Part shown: positions 14,839 through 29,881 of the stretch, piece after piece
Layout: each line of letters begins with the position of its first letter
How positions within the stretch are numbered: the first letter of the stretch is position 1
Assembly (NCBI GenBank): GCA_951406725.2
Contig: OX597835.1
Coordinates: forward strand, 45,880,001-45,944,000
Source: Octopus vulgaris
Taxonomy: Eukaryota
DNA: 64,000 nucleotides
Direction of reading: 5' to 3'
The notes under the pieces: model-generated
Told to the model about the DNA's origin: nothing
Database searches by the model: none
What the model saw: only the letters and a program-made list of their open reading frames with translations
Position numbers and translations under genes: made by a program

Positions 14839-15056
14839 TAATCCCTCGCCATATCTCGGTTCACCTATCGCGGTTTATTATTTAAGATTACGCCGATTTC
14901 TTCGTGGGGTTGATTTGCACATATAATAAAAGAAATACGTGCAAATTATAAAAATAATAATAAAAGAATCTACAGTATAGTACTCTTTCTACTTCGCGGA
15001 TTTTCATTTACAGCTGGGTATTTTAGAAAGTAACACCTGCGATACTGGAGGTATTA
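14839..15056. mobile_element. Possible Tigger/pogo-type MITE remnant
   Basis: Imperfect terminal inverted repeats taatccctcgccatatctcgg / ctgcgatactggaggtatta around a ~220-bp AT-rich core. Confidence 0.45.
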
Positions 15057-15069
15057 GGGAATATATATA

Positions 15070-16352
15070 CGAGGGACGTTCAATAAGTAATGCCTCAGAC
15101 CCACTTGCAGTTCTTTGATCTAGCTGAAATTTTGTCTGTGCAATTATTTATATCTCTATAGATTAAGTGGCAAATTACAGCTCTGAAATAATTGTGGTTT
15201 CTGATTTACAGGTGTTTGATCTGAGTCAAGTGTGAAATGGAGCCTGTTGAGTGTCGAGCAGTGATCCGGTTTTTGTATTTGAAAGGACGCACACCACGTG
15301 AGACATTTGATGAAATGAAAGTAACTTATGGTGATGATGCCCCATCATATGACCTTGTAAAACCCTGGCATCGTGAATTCAAACATGGTCGGAACTCTGT
15401 GGAAACAGCTCCCAGATCTGGTCGCCCCTTCTGCCATTGATGAGGCATCTGTCCGTCAAGTTGAGGCTGCCATTTTGGAAGATCGACGCATAACAATTCG
15501 CCAAATAGCCCATCAGGTCAAGATTAGTACCGGGTCTGTGGAAACTATCATTCATGACCACTTGCATATGCAAAAGGTGTCTGCCAGATGGATTCCCAGG
15601 CTGCTCACACCTTTCCAGAAGCAAGAACGCGTCGAGTGCTCGAGGATGAATTTGGAGATGTGCCAAGAAGATGAGTCAAAATTTTTCAAAAGACTGATTA
15701 CACAGGATTAAACCATCACGATGATCCAGAGACCAAAGCCCAGTCAATGCAGTGGAAGCACCGTGACTCACCTCCTCCAAAGAAGGCAAGGGTGCAGCCC
15801 TTCGCTGGCAAGGACATGCTCACAGTCTTCTGGGACCAGGACGGAGTAGTGATGACAGATTTCCCGGCAAAGGGTACCACAATTACAGGAGCCTATTATG
15901 CTTCACTTTTGAGGAAATTAAGAGAAGCTATCAAAATCAAGAGGCGGGGCAAGATCAGAAAAGGTATCCTCCTCCTGCAGGACAACGCTCCGGTCCACAA
16001 CTCGCGTGTCGCCAGATCAGAAGCACAGGCGTGCGGCTATGAACTCCTCCCCATCCCCCCTACTCTCCTGACCTTGAACCCTCTGATTTTCACCTCTTCC
16101 CAGCCATGAAGTTGTTTCTGAAGGGAAAGCGTTTCACAGATGATGCAGCCTTGATTTCTGAAGTCACGTCGTGGTTGGAGGACCAAGCTGGGGGTCTTCT
16201 ACAAAAACGGTCTCCAGAGCTGCATCAAACAATGGGAGAAATGCGTAACTCTGGGTGATTCCTATGTAGAAAAATACTAATAACTGTGCTAAGTTTCGTT
16301 GCTCTACTGCAATGGGAAGTGGGTCAGGGGCATTACTTATTGAACGCCCCTC

Positions 16353-16353
<1 letters not shown>
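15070..16353 (+). mobile_element. Full-length mariner DNA transposon (1284 bp)
   Basis: TIRs cgagggacgttcaataagtaatgcc / ggcattacttattgaacgcccctcg, with TA on both flanks and a central transposase sequence. Confidence 0.95.
15237..16280 (+). pseudogene. Mariner transposase, frameshifted (irritans-like by motif)
   Basis: MEPVECRAVIRFLYLKG, RSGRP, KVSARWIPRLLT, MQWKH, LLLQDNAPVH, PYSPDL and WEKCVTLGDSYVEK. Split over several frames with a small deletion near 15710. Confidence 0.92.
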
Positions 16354-16421
<68 letters not shown>

Positions 16422-16981
16422 CATACATACATAATTTTATAATAAATCTAGAAGTCTTTTGGATTGCAGCTGCTCGAGTACCTATATGAGGCACAGGTTT
16501 CAGCGAGTTATGCCAACGAAAATAACCCTGGATAGCGGTATTCAACAAGACTTGTGCTTTTATCATAACATAATCTTTACTTTCTGAGCTGATCGAGTGC
16601 TATTCTGTTACCTGAAGTTTTACGACAACATTATATTTCATATAACATATAGTTGTATATCTATGCGTATTTCTGTGCTGAAGACTGAATTGTTCTAGTG
16701 AGACGCGAATGCGTAATACTGCAGTATTAATATCTGACGTAATTTTAACCAAACACATTATGGTCGTTGAAGGTAGTCATTGACACACAAGTCATTCACT
16801 ATAGTTTAAAACTTCTTAGAAAGAAAGCCAATTAATGGTGCTGATAAGAACTGGATACGTTTTACAGAAGTACGTAGCAGATTTAGCTGTTCCTCGTCTA
16901 TTTCTTTAAATCCAAACAAATGCATGTATATAATTGTATGTGGGTGTGTTTATGTGTATACACACACACACTCTCTCTCTT

Positions 16982-17054
<73 letters not shown>

Positions 17055-17289
17055 TGTCTGTGTGTGTTTGTGTGTCTGTGTGCATTTTTTGTTGTATATA
17101 AAACCAGACTATATCCACATAAACATCAACTCTGTTTTAATTCCACCAACGTGAATAAAGTATGAATTAAATGTTTTAATCTGCGATACGAACAAATAAT
17201 CTCCCACGTACGTACATACACGCTCGCGCACGCACACACGCACATATTACATACATACACAGTCCATTATCATTGTGAGTCCAGCAACA

Positions 17290-18660
17290 TAGTGAATGAA
17301 TAGCAGGCAGGGTCAGGCATGGGAAGAATTTTTGATGAACAAAGTTGTACTGTCTGAAGTAAACAAAAATGAACATCTTAGATGCCTTGGGATTGTATGG
17401 CTTGATTATAGGAGAGCATTGAACTCTATTCCCTACTCATGGCTGTTGATGTATCTACCTTTAGCCAAAGTGCCAGCCACCTTAGCTGCTGCCATTGAGA
17501 GACTCATAATGAATTAGGCAATACTTCTCATACTTACAATTGAGAGTGAAACGATTGACGCATAATATAGATTTCAAAAAGAATAATTGAACAAGATATT
17601 ATTTCTGTAATTCTATTCATTTTGCCATTAAATCCATTATCATTCCTGCTCCAAAAAATGAAGTGTTTGAACACCAAGAGATAACAATGTAACCTATTAT
17701 TTCTTGGTGGATGACTCAAGTTGTTTGTGTTTTCCTTGGCTACTAATGGTGAACATGCCAAAAGCTGACGAAATTAATAACAACATTTTCCGGTGACATA
17801 GGAATGGTATTTGCGAGCTGACAGAAACGTTAGCACGCCGGGCGAAATGCTTAGCGGTATTTCGTCTGCGTTACGTTGTGAGTTCAAATTCTGCCGAGGT
17901 CGACTTTGCCTTTCATCCTTTCGGGGTCGATAAATTAAGTGCCAGTTACGCACTGGGTTCGATGTAATCGACTTAATACCTATGTCTGTCCTTGTTTGTC
18001 CCCTCTGTGTAGGTACTTGGTACTGTGTAGGTATAGGTACTTGGCTATAAGAAACGTTCGTATTTGTTTGATGGACTTAGAAAATCTGTGCCTCAAAGCC
18101 AAACCCTACGCGCCAATGGCCTCATTGTCTTTCCTCCACTGCACCAAGAATACTACAAATACCTAGGCATTGACGAAAGCATATCACACCAATGTGACTG
18201 GACAATATTCTACCAGACTTAGGAAAGTATGGTAGTCAGGACTCTACTCTTACACCGTTAGATCTCCACAGTGCATTTGCAGTACCAGTGCTGATTTCAA
18301 TACTTGGGATACCTGAAATTTCGGTAGAGGTAATCCACTCTGTAGACATTAAAAGCCGCAAGATCCGAGCATCGACTAAAATCTTCCGCAGAAACAATGA
18401 TATTGACTGCCTCTAACCAAGGAAGACCTGCAGGCGGTAGAGGTTCCAGATCAGTGTAGACAGTCTTCGAATGTCGTAGAGTCTCAGACAGTAGTTGCTA
18501 AACAGCAGCGTCCAAAGTAAATACATAAACTTAGTGCTGGAAAGGAAAAAAAAGACAACGTCCTACGTGTCGGCAGGGAGCAAAATTGGAAGCACTCTCT
18601 TCATAATGGCCTCCAATACAACCCTAAATCCGCTGGAATAATATAAGAGGCAGACACTCT
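17290..18660 (+). mobile_element. Degenerate R4/Dong-type non-LTR reverse transcriptase, interrupted by a SINE
   Basis: IVWLDYRRALNSIPYSWLL, ISVILFILPLNPLSFLL, YKYLGIDE, AFAVPVL and GGRG motifs in the expected order, with many stops. Confidence 0.8.
17812..18010 (+). mobile_element. SINE family A nested in the Dong-like remnant
   Basis: gcgagctgacagaaacgttagcacgccgggcgaaatgc...gcctttcatcctttcggggtcgataaattaag. Confidence 0.85.
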
Positions 18661-20221
18661 TAGAATGGTATGATATTGCTAATGTAGTTTTCGTATTCAA
18701 ATAGATATTGGTCGTCTACATCGCCTTGCCAAAATGTTTGAAAATAAAGATCCCAGTACAAATATTTAGGTTGATGGATTTTGTTGTACATATTTTTGTC
18801 AGCTTTAGGCGTTGATTATATGAATTTAATTTGGTGGTCACTTTCTGTTCCCTGCAAAAATTAGGGATTTGGGGGGGAGAAATCAAGTGATAGGGTAGAT
18901 TTAAAATATATATTGCCATACCACAAGCTTCAAGTAAATGAAATGATTGCAATCTGGATTGTTCTACGTTGATAAATAACTAGATTCAATGAAAATTGAA
19001 ACTGAGTATAGATTTCGAGAAATATAAGTGGTTTCTGATGATAAGAGAAAAGTATATTTATATCCTTATCATTAAACATAATTAAAATTTAAATGATTTG
19101 TATAAAGCATGTAGAAGTTTCTAAAAAATAAATCCTATAACGAAAGAGAGGCTTCATGAATTTGTCACATACGTATGAGTCATTAAGATAACAACTTTTC
19201 AACAACAAAACCTCCTTAATCCTTGATAATAGTTTCCAAAGTAGTCATCATTACATTTTGGAGTGTTTCATAACCAAAGTGAAGTTTTAAGCTTCTTCTC
19301 TAAGTAATGCATTAATTTAAATAAGTAAGATCTTCATCATGTTTTAAATTTTCTCTTAGTACAACCCATTTTGTATTCTTAATATATGAAAACAGCACTT
19401 TACAAATGATATCACGTTTCCTTGAACTTAGAAGCATGAAAGCAGATCAACAGAATTATGCATGTGGAAATGTTAAACACACTCACACACTTACCCTGTC
19501 TTTCTCTTTCACCTGTGCATTGTCGATTTTATTACTGAGTTTAATAGATAATGTTTTATGCTTCCACGTTTGAAGATGATAATACATTAAAAAAATGTGA
19601 AATTAATTTTTAATGCATAGTTTTTTCTCACGTTCTTACCTTTTTTCTATTAAAAAAAAAACCATGAAAATTATTTTTGTGTTAAATATTTATAGATAGG
19701 TGTAAATTTTAAACTCTACAGTATTTTCTCTGAAATGCGTTTTTTGCTGTTAATATTTTCAGTATGAAGGAAACAATACGAAGACCAAAGAAGACCTTAG
19801 TGTAAAACGCTCAGAATACCAAAAAAATAAAAAAATAGAAAGAAAACAAATAGACAACAAACAATATATGGGTATATTCCCGAAAACTTGACAGCAATAT
19901 CGACATGAAGGACATCCTCCTTTCGATTCTTGACCTCTACAACACATTTCAAACGCTACGCATTTGCAATCTAGAAAAGACAGGTACGCCGTTGGTACTT
20001 CAAGATGTAACCAAAAATAGATCATACCATATTACAATGTAAGCCGTCACAGGTGATTAGCAACTGCAACAACGACGTTAAGTTTCTCGCCCGTTATGCA
20101 ATACGACGTTGTTACAAGAATAATGTGCGATGCGGTTGGGAAAAAAGAATGTCTCGGAACAATTACTAAGAATCCCACCTCTTATTTAATAATATACACG
20201 AACATAAATATAAAGAATAAT

Positions 20222-20600
20222 GGTGGAACATTTCACCAGTACTCCTTTTCATTATGGGTGGCTATGGCTTCTACCATACTGTGGGTTCTTATTACTTTGT
20301 CTTCGGGGTTATCCTTCCGAAGGATTTCTTTATAAAGTATCCTAGCAACAACATAACGTCTCATCGGTAGAAAATATCGTTATGACATTTTTGGACAAAT
20401 GCATAGGATGTGGGTGATATATTCGGTGTTCACTCTACAAAGTCTGCATCGGGTGTCACATTTTACTGCTTTTCCTGCATCTCCAACCCTTTTGTCATCA
20501 GGTACTTGGTTGCTATTTCCTGTTCCTCTATTGCAAACGCATACCCTTCAAAGTGGGAGGTAGTAATCCGGCTGTTCGTTCATGATGGACTACTTTGATG
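20222..20600 (-). mobile_element. R4/Dong-type C-terminal fragment (CCHC zinc knuckle region)
   Basis: The minus strand translates to SHFEGYAFAIEEQEIATKYL and RCRLCRVNTEYITHILCICPKMS...KEYW. Confidence 0.8.
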
Positions 20601-21944
20601 TATGTATGTATGTATGTATGTATGTATGTATGTATGTATGTATGTATGTATGTATGTATGTATGCATGCATGTATGTGTATGTATCTCTTATGATAATGT
20701 ACATATAAATTTAAAAGCATAGGACTTCGCCCAGAATGCCGGTGAGTCGACAAACGTAATGATTCAACTTGACAGTGTCCCCTAAGTCACGACTACTCTA
20801 GAAGTTTTGAACTAATCCGAATATGCTTGCTTCGATATCTAATTAATTAACCTAGACATTTATTGATTTATGAAAGAGCTAGCTAAAATATAGTTAAATT
20901 AATATACGTAATTAAAATGGCATTTTCATTAAAATACCTCTGTGTATATCATTTATAATGTGTATACGGACGTAGGAATGTTTTGGCTGTAATGATTGTC
21001 ACAAACAAAAACTTCTAAAAAAAATTACGCATGTTTATTTTCAGGATCTAGATAATTCACATCGTCGCTAGTAGAGTTTCTTGCTAATTTAGATCGTTCA
21101 GACGAAACCAAATTTATCTATTTTGTCCACCCGACTTGTCACTTTTATGCAAACAACATTTCTTTGTCTGAGCAGAACTTCATGTTTCTTGGTCGATACC
21201 CGGCATCTGAATATATCACTTAAAAATTTTTCACACAATGTGTCCTAATACTATGCTATCACAAATATATAATAAGAGAGGATGGTCATATTTAACACAT
21301 CTACGATACGTCGGTTTATTTAAAGCTGACTTGTGACTAGACAGTTCTACATGGGTGCTCAAACTTTCTTTTACTACATTTTTGCGGAAAATAGTATTTA
21401 AGATTCTTTCAATTTAAACATTAGTCTTTGAGAAGATTCTAAAAAATACGGAGATACATGTGGGTATGGAATTGTATTCTGCTACTAGACTTAACCATCA
21501 ACATGTGGCCATATTGGGACAAGATATTCAAAGTTTGGTCGATTTTAGTAATTTTAATATTTTCTGAGTTTTAGCTAAAATCTATTTCCTACTTCATCGA
21601 CATCTATATATAGTGTTGTTTACGTGGATTTTCATAGAAAGAAAAACAACTTTACACAATCACGAATAGATGAGTGTGTTGGAGTTCGTGTCTGTGTCTG
21701 TGTATCGGTGTGTGTGTGTATGTGTGTCTGCGTGCGTGTGCATGTAATTCCTGTACGGTGTCCACCATATTCTGCTCTTAAGGCACTGGTCAACCCAAGT
21801 CTAAATTAAAATAAAATTAAAGCGGACACCACCCTGCAACTCCGCACATTGGACTATTCATACGCGAAAGTTTCTATTATAACACACACACGCACACAAA
21901 CGCACGCACACACAGACACATACATATGAGGAAATATTCAATAT

Positions 21945-22340
21945 TTTTATTTGTTTCATTCATTAGACTACGGCTATGCTGGAGCATAGTCTTGGATTGA
22001 ATCGGCTCAAAGTTTTGTGTTTTTGAAACGGGTGCTTATTCTATCGGACCTCTTTCGCCGAACCGCTACAATACGAGGTCACAGATACACAAACACGAGT
22101 GGTCAAGCGGTGGGGGGGGGGGACGAAAACACACACAAAGATACGCACAAACAATCACAAACACACACACACATACATGACGGGATTCTTTTCAGTTTCC
22201 GTCTACCATATTCACTAGCATAGCTTTGATCGGGCCAGGGCTTTAGTAGAAGACACTTATCCAAGGTGCTATGCAGTCGGGCCGAACCAGGAACCATGTG
22301 GTTGGGACCCAAGCTTCTTACCACACAGCTATGCCTGTGC
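21945..22340 (-). mobile_element. SINE family B, diverged
   Basis: Reverse complement of family B (agaagacacttatccaaggtgc...gaaccaggaaccatgtggttgg). Confidence 0.75.
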
Positions 22341-22343
22341 TTA

Positions 22344-22374
<31 letters not shown>

Positions 22375-22375
22375 A

Positions 22376-22439
<64 letters not shown>

Positions 22440-22440
22440 C

Positions 22441-22515
<75 letters not shown>

Positions 22516-22516
<1 letters not shown>

Positions 22517-22813
22517 CTTTATATATAAAAGTGAAGTTGTGTGTCTGTCTTCTACGATTTAGATTCCTAACTACTCCCACATTTTGCGGTGCAGTTTAAC
22601 CAAAAGCGGGTATCTTATAGTCGTGATTCATATCGAGCCCTTCTGGGTATTAGCGCGCATCTACGATGAGTCTACGATTAAAAAAAAAAAATACCATCAT
22701 TTTTTCCCATTTTTAATGCATTTTTTGCTATTATATAAGGGAAGTAACTCTCTAAAAATGCTTATATAGTTATTTCCCTTACAAACCCGAGCAACGCCGG
22801 GCGATACTGCTAG
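22516..22813 (+). mobile_element. Complete non-autonomous Helitron (298 bp)
   Basis: 5' a|TC, subterminal hairpin cccg-agcaacgc-cggg, 3' CTAG|t. Inserted between A and T within a (TA)n tract. Confidence 0.85.
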
Positions 22814-23954
22814 TATATATATATATATATATATATATGGATTAAAATTAGCTCTAGTAATGTAAAAATTATCGATCACGTTTAACCAATATATGTGCGA
22901 TCGGTAATAGTCATACACACACACACACACACATACACACACACACGGAAGCCGACGTCAGTTTCGGCCTATGAGGATCCAACAAACTACACTTTGTTTG
23001 TTAGTGGTCATGCTTAAGCGAAACGTGACACTTGCGTCCCGCCAATTACTTGCAAAGAAGCCCGCAGATGTTGCAAGTATTAGGTCATCGCAGGCGGTGT
23101 ATTTGTAACCGCTTTTATTCTCTGCTTTGCACTCCTTGACCTGTTGATGTTGGTTGAAACAAATTCTCCTGAGTAGAATAAATCAGGACAATTGTTTTAC
23201 CGATTACGAGAATTCTCCAAACATTCTGGGATTTCCAATAAAAAAAAAGAAGAAAATGATGCTTTTATAATTTATAATATTTATTTTCTTGCTTTTTATA
23301 AATGTCAGAGGCTTTGTAGCCTTGATCTTTGCAGGTTTCACCTGAGGTTACTGCAACATATACTCAGTTTGATTTACCTTTGGGTAAACGTTGACAGAAG
23401 AGAGAGTGGCAGCAGTTGGGATGCAGTGAAAAGCAGAAATAAATGAGAGAATTGTCGAATGTATAATTGCGTGTGTTTGTGCGTGTTTGTATGTGTATGC
23501 ATATATATATATATGTGTGTGTTTTTTGTATGTATATTGCATGAGTGGGTTATCGTATGCGTGTACGATTATTTGAGTACGAGTTCTTTTTCATCATCTC
23601 ATCGCAACTGATGGAGCGGAATCAAGTCGACACCTGAGTATTTTGAATGGTTTCCTGTAATTTTTTTTTATACATACTTACATTCATGCATGAATGTGTG
23701 ACCGGTTGTTCGTTTCCTCAATTAAGTGAACCAACAAACGTATTTTCCATATTTTGTATCTCGTTTGGGGAATAAAAACAATGTTGATGTTTGCCGCGTG
23801 AATGATGTGGGAATGCAAAAACACACAGGATATGTAGCACAAACACACACTCGCGTTAATACAGCACGCACTCACATACACACAGCACACACACAAACAT
23901 ATACAGACACATAAACACATACAAACATACACACACACACGCAAAACACAAATA

Positions 23955-24381
23955 GGCGCAGGAGTGGCTGTGTGGTAAGTAGCTTGTTTACCAACCACAT
24001 GGTTTCGGGTTCAGTCCCACTGCGTGACACCTTGGGCAAGTGTCTTCTACTATAGCCTCAGGCCGACCAAATCCTTGTGAGTGGATTTGGTAGACGGAAA
24101 CCGAAAGAATCCCGTCGTATATATGTATACATATATATGTGTGTGTGTTCGTGTGTGTTTGTGTGTCTGTGTTTGTCCCCTTAGCATTGCTTGACAACCA
24201 ATGCTGGTGTGTTTATGTCCCCGTCTTTTAGCGGTTCGGCAAAAGAGACCGATAGAATAAGTACTGGGCTTATAAAAAATAAGTCCTGGGTTCGAGTTGC
24301 TCGATTAAAGGCGGTGCTCCAGCATGGCCGCAGTCAAATGACTGAAACAAGTACAAGAGTAAAAGAGAGAGTAAAGAGTAA
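23955..24381 (+). mobile_element. SINE family B, full length
   Basis: A-box tggctgtgtggtaag, B-box gggttcagtccc, CORE-like caccttgggcaagtgtctt, an internal (TA)/(GT) tract and a repeated aagagta tail. Confidence 0.88.
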
Positions 24382-26025
24382 ATGCACACTGCGTCATTGT
24401 GCTACTTCCGTGTCATAAAGGCTCCACTTCTACTGACTGGAATAGAAGCAACTAAAATAATAATCACCAAACTGACGTGTGCCATCTTTCTCTAGTTACA
24501 GAATCTTTGATAACGTACGAAGTATCAATGCTGGGATTGCAGACCGGACTTGGAGCATACGAGCTAAACATCGGCTTTGTAAATCATTTAGGAAAGTGCC
24601 ATGCCTGGAAATAATTGGCTAGTTATTTTATACTTTGGTTTTGTTTCGAAATTTAATTTACATTCCTATGGTTAGCATTAGGACTAAATGAAAACATGAA
24701 TCGAATATAGTAACATAATCTCCATGTTCGTCAAATAAATAAAAAATATATAAAATTACATTTTTGAGGGTTGAGTGATGACAGATTCAGGATTGAGTAG
24801 AGTGGTGTGTGGTGAAGAGAAAATTAGTAAGTTTCGTGCAAGTGAGAAACACAGAAAATAAATACAGAAACGAGCACTTTAAACATTGAAAGAAGACAGA
24901 AATAGTCAAATATACAAACAATTGCAAAACACATTAGAGTGGCAAGATTGTTCTAGTGATTACTTAAGCATTTGTTATAATTTAGAATATTCTTTTTTTT
25001 TTATATATATCGCATGTCATTTCTGTCTTATTTTATATTGAAAAAAAATATGTAATATTGAACAGAATTACGCAGAAATTACAAAGAATAGAAGAAAATC
25101 AAATGAAATTATGTAAAACGCGAAAAGTACTATACGGATTGTGTTTATTTATTTTGCTTTCAATATAATTTTCTTTCTCGAAAAGAGAACATTATATGCG
25201 ATGATGACAAGCGCAGTCATATTTAAAAACAAACAATAAAATCTAAACTGAAAAATATGAAAGATGCAAAACAAATACAAGAATAGATAAAAAAAAAAAA
25301 AACGTATCACTATGGCTTCATTTCTTTTTTGTTTGTTTTCCTTTTTGTTTGTTTTCTAAGATTTCTTCAAAATTTTATTTTTCCCCGAAAACAAGACAGT
25401 TTATAGTAAAACATACCGAAAAGATAACAACAACAACATCAGCAGCAGCAATAATAACAACAACAAAAACAACAACAACAACAACAATAATAATAATAAT
25501 AATAATAATAGTAATGACATTCCTAATAGAATTTGAAGAGAATATTGAATATGACGCAAAAAATTAGAAAATAAAAGACGTAATGTTATGTTATGTGGTT
25601 TTTTAAACGAAATAATTAAATATGCGAGTGTTGGTTGTTTTATGGTGCAATTTATCTGCACCGAGAAATGCATGATGCGAATACCATTAAATGCTAATGC
25701 AGTATTATAGTTTCAATGACTTTATTTATTATGTCGATGCTAATTTCAATATTGCTGCTGCTGCTGCTGCTGCTGCTGCTCCCACTGCAGCTGCGTATTG
25801 TAATTTTACTGTTCGTTCTTTTACGACTGCTAATCATACTACATGTTATAAAGATAAATAATACAAATGATCGACGTGATGGTCATGATAATGACGACGG
25901 TGAAAGAGGAGATGAAGTCGACGACGGTGATGGTGATGAAAACGGTGACGATGACAATGACCAGGTGAATGGTAATTATGGTGACATCGAGAGCGATGGC
26001 GAGAAGAATAAAGATTACAAGGATT

Positions 26026-26096
<71 letters not shown>

Positions 26097-26097
26097 A

Positions 26098-26195
<98 letters not shown>

Positions 26196-26252
26196 CATGA
26201 TCATGATGGCGATGATGATGATGATGATGATGATGATCATGATCATGATGGC
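26026..26252. repeat. (GAT)n microsatellite
   Basis: Direct reading. Confidence 0.95.
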
Positions 26253-27461
26253 GATGGAGATTTCGTTGATAAAGGTGATAATGGTAATTATGGTACTGCT
26301 GCTTGTAGTAGTTGTTGTTGTTGTTGTTAAGCAACAAGGCGGGTAAGGGCGATTAGGTCTAGGGCTTAGGGGGCGGGAGACCCCAAACATTGGAAAAAAA
26401 CATTTTTGGTCGTCTTGTTGAGGGCTCTTCGTAGACGCCCGACACCATTGGGAGGTGGCCCTCGAAGTCGCTGGAAATGGAGATCTCCAGGTCTAAATTC
26501 TTGAACGGCTGCTGCTTGTAGAGATGTTGCTGGTTGCATTGGTGGTAGTGGTGCCACCACTGTCGACGATGACCCTAATGGCCACAACGACGCTCAAGAA
26601 AGTGTTTCCGCTTTGTGACACACTGCAACATAAACAATGGTTTAAATTTTGCCCTCAGTCCAGCAATTCCGCGTGATGGTGTAAGTCGATTGTATCGACC
26701 CCAGTAGTCAACGGGTACTTAATTTATCTACATCAAAAAGATAAAATGCAAAATTTACCTCGGCGGAATTTGAACATTATCGATGGTGAAATGCCGCAAA
26801 GTTTTTCCTGTGTTCCAGCTCGGTGCCTAATAGGAGCAACATAAATAGTACAAGAAAAACCAAAATTCCACTCCACTCAGGGTTGTAGGAGGAAAATGTT
26901 CGATCCTTAACACATTACTGATTAGAACCTTTAACTGCACAGAGAAAAGAAATTCATAGACATTTGCATTAGATAAATGTCCCAAAGCAACACTGAAGAG
27001 AAGTTTGAGAAAATCTACGGTGTGTAAGATAAAGTGAAAACGATAAGAGAATTAGACTGAACGGGAATATAGAAACCGTTAAGAATTAATAAATGAAAGA
27101 ATAAAGAATTTCATAACAGAAACGAATAAAATACATTTTCTGACAGTATATTGGAAATATACCAGGTTAACATTTAAAACGGGTATTGCACTAAAGGAAT
27201 GTTACAATAGGCTTCAATATCCCAATACAACAGCTGTCCCGTAATAATGTTTGCTGAAACAAAGACTACAGGGAAAACGACTGGAAAATAAATTGTTGCA
27301 GAATGCAGCATCCAAACACGGCAGACGTAGAACATATCTACCACAAACAAAATTGGAAATATAGATGTATGCTGCGAAGCTGTAAAACTATCTGGGGGAC
27401 AGACAGCAGAAAACAAATATGAGAATATATATCTATATATACACATGTATACACAGGTATA

Positions 27462-27547
<86 letters not shown>

Positions 27548-27584
27548 CCTGTGTATATTTAGATAGACAAAAATAAATATAGAT

Positions 27585-27617
<33 letters not shown>

Positions 27618-29881
27618 AGCAATAGTTATCCATAATTTTATGACTGTACCTGTAATTGTTTCCGTCATTAGCCTACCATCTTACTGAGCCACAGCGTTGA
27701 GAGGTTTCATCAAATGAAACAATCCCAGATCTTATGTTTCTGTGTGATGAAGAGCCTTTATATAAATTATTAGTCGAAGTGGTTCTCCATCTGGATTGTT
27801 GTTTCCGCTACGTTTCGGCTGTGTACGCCACGGCCTTTTCATGTACTTTTCGATTCACTTTAGTGCCTTGCCCAAGATTGAACTCAAAACCTCCCGTTGA
27901 TATCTTATGTGATCTCTCTATAGATTGGATAAATATAACTCAAAATATTTCTGAGATTAGGAATTTTAATAGTGTGTGTACATCCGAGTGCCGTCCTCAT
28001 CTTGATTACTTTTTGGTTGCGTATGTTCCAGTCTAATTTGGGAGACTTGTAATTCACTTTAATACTTTGTGTATTCCAATCAGTTGGAAGCCGACATAAG
28101 ATATAAATGCGGCTTTATACACCTTAAAAGTCACTCTTACACATCTACAGACATAGTGTAGAAGATAGACAAAGGGTTTGTAATGCTGTGCTCTCACCTA
28201 GCGATTCTGTGCGCAATCCTGAGCAAAGCGCTAAGGTGAACCACAAGACACCTGAAGAGGATGGGGCATACACAACCGAAACGTAGGGAAAGCAACAATC
28301 AAGATGAGGACATAACTCCGACTGATACTTGTAGTATTTTTGCTTTTAATATCGAACTCCTTTTCACTAAATGCTACATAAATGACGTAAGCAAGTCTTC
28401 TACTCATACAAATACACATGGGTGTGCTTATTTTTGTGTATGTTTAGTGTAAATATGTTTATATGTGAGTTTCTATACGTGTTTAAGGGATTCTGCACAC
28501 TTTCTCTTTAGCAAATATTTTTAATACGTCACTGCTGAGACCGAGTCTGCAACAAAGCGACAAATAGTATGCCTGACCGACAAAATATTTGGAAGCAAGT
28601 AATCCCCTAAATTACATGGGCAATTTAGAGTGATTTTTGTTTTGCTGTTTTAGGGGAATTTTTTTGCAACTATCGTTTAACTATCGTTTACGATTAACCA
28701 TGTAGAGGGCGGGATTTGATGACCTCTTCAGATTTTTAAACATAAAGTATTGCTGATCGTTCCTAACGATGATTGCCCTTCGATTGCCTTACGTGAGGGC
28801 CCTTTGAGTTTCGAGTCAAACTCCAAACATCTTTGTATTCACAAATGATTCCTTTCAATAACACATTTGAAATAAAAAGACACATCCGTAGTTTGGTTAC
28901 ACATTGCATCGTAAATAGGACGAGGTTGTCCAAAATGCGGTGATGCCAGATCTCACCTCTCCACTACACACGGTGAATTAGCCAACCAAGTGAATTACCA
29001 GTGACATGTTGGATCACGAATACGTATGTGATTATGTTCGTGATGGTCTAGATTCACTGTTTGGCGTGGTTTCAAATCCTGCCGGATGATCACCAGTGTA
29101 TTGCAAATAAGCAAGTTCTTAAAGCTGTATAACTTCTTTTTTTATATTGAAGCACAGGAAATATATGTGGCTGGGGCTAACCCAGTTAACAGTTTATTTA
29201 TAAAATGGCAATGTCTACGATTCAAACTCGTGAGGTGCATACTAATTTCTGTGTGGTAGAGTAAATAGTTGGGGCAGCTGGTAACTCAACTTGTTGAGCA
29301 CCATTGATATCACTAAATAAGAATTCTAGATTCCTGAAATATCCTCAAGTGTTCAAACTGAGAAAACTGAAGTAGCACGTCCAAAGATGGCGTTCCTAAT
29401 CATTTAAAGCAAAAACGAACAAAAGGATGGTGTAAAAATAATATTATGAAATATTATCATTATCACCACATGAATCAGCACCTGACTGATCGGAAACATA
29501 CGAAGCATGCAGGGTGAGTATAAGAGAATATCTCAGGTACAACGACCAAACATCGTGCATCAAGTGCGAAATAATGAATGGTGTAAGCGGGAACATGGTC
29601 AATAATACTTCAAGCTATAATTTCAGAACTCATTAATTTTAAGCGGAGACGAGCGGCTGATTTGAAGGCAGTTAAGCGAATGTCGGATGAGAATGAATAA
29701 TTAATTAAACCTTAATTGCTCCAAATTTATTTCGTCCTCAGAATTTCCTGAATAAATCGGTAGAATAGAATCTTTTTGTGTCTAATTCTCCTTACACAAG
29801 CACAGTCACATGCACTCACCTATCCATCCAGATATCTATAGATTTATGTGCATATATATATATATGCATATATATATATAT

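Noticed and set aside
19488-19520. Minus-strand gtaagt donor with possible microexon
   Set aside because: No polypyrimidine tract at the putative acceptor, so likely chance.
23325-23390. Possible small host exon (ctttgcag...gg/gtaaac)
   Set aside because: Weak donor site, no recognisable peptide and no neighbouring exons. It needs RNA-seq.
25716-26330. 204-aa ORF with a hydrophobic start and poly-Asp tract
   Set aside because: It is a (GAT)n/(CTG)n microsatellite that is open in several frames on both strands, with no domain or splice support.
27650-28230. Possible PLE remnant with a hammerhead at ~27808-27845
   Set aside because: The core is degenerate, stem I is not recoverable and the protein motifs are too weak to call.
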